Source: Octopus sinensis
Lineage: Eukaryota
Assembly (NCBI RefSeq): GCF_006345805.1
Contig: NW_021828821.1
Span: 1 to 7,769 of the forward strand
Length of the DNA stretch: 7,769 bases
Reading direction: 5' to 3'
The position numbers were made by a program, and so were the translations under genes. Positions 7,514 through 7,769 of this stretch are shown piece after piece. Position 1 is the stretch's first letter. Every line of letters begins with the position of its first letter. The notes below the pieces were generated by a model. It saw only the letters and a program-made list of their open reading frames with translations, was not told the DNA's origin and ran no database searches.

Positions 7514-7769
7514 CAGCATAAGAAAAGGGAACAGAAGTCGGTCGTCATTTTTGTCCCAGATGCGCGACCAAATCGTCAAATTACAATTATTTCTTTTAAA
7601 GAATTCAATTGTATATTTGAAGAAACAATGTATATAGATTAAGTAGCAGGTGATTGCGGCCGAGGGAGGAATCCAAATGAGAATATGGCTTCCACTATTC
7701 ATAAAACATGATACTCATCTGCTGGCTGATATCTTTGAGACAGAAAATTAATCTTGGAATATGGCGATC

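Overview
AT-rich eukaryotic non-coding DNA (intron or intergenic) with no recognisable intact gene. Almost all listed ORFs are translations of microsatellites. From recall, not a database search, the repeat families resemble Octopus (coleoid cephalopod) repeats. Positions 984-4886 form a nearly continuous pile of mobile elements separated by (AAT)n/(ATT)n arrays: a non-autonomous Helitron, five copies or fragments of one tRNA-headed SINE family, a ~590-bp unclassified element, and three 3' fragments of R4/Dong-type non-LTR retrotransposons encoding the C-terminus of a restriction-like endonuclease. A sixth, full-length SINE lies at 6231-6441 and a possible RTE relic follows it. The most notable pattern is that each family sits in a fixed orientation relative to the AAT/ATT strand. 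Two Dong-like copies appear nested in alternating orientation, each inside the previous element's tail, which would explain both (AAT)n(ATT)n palindromic switch points and a tail-to-tail inverted repeat.
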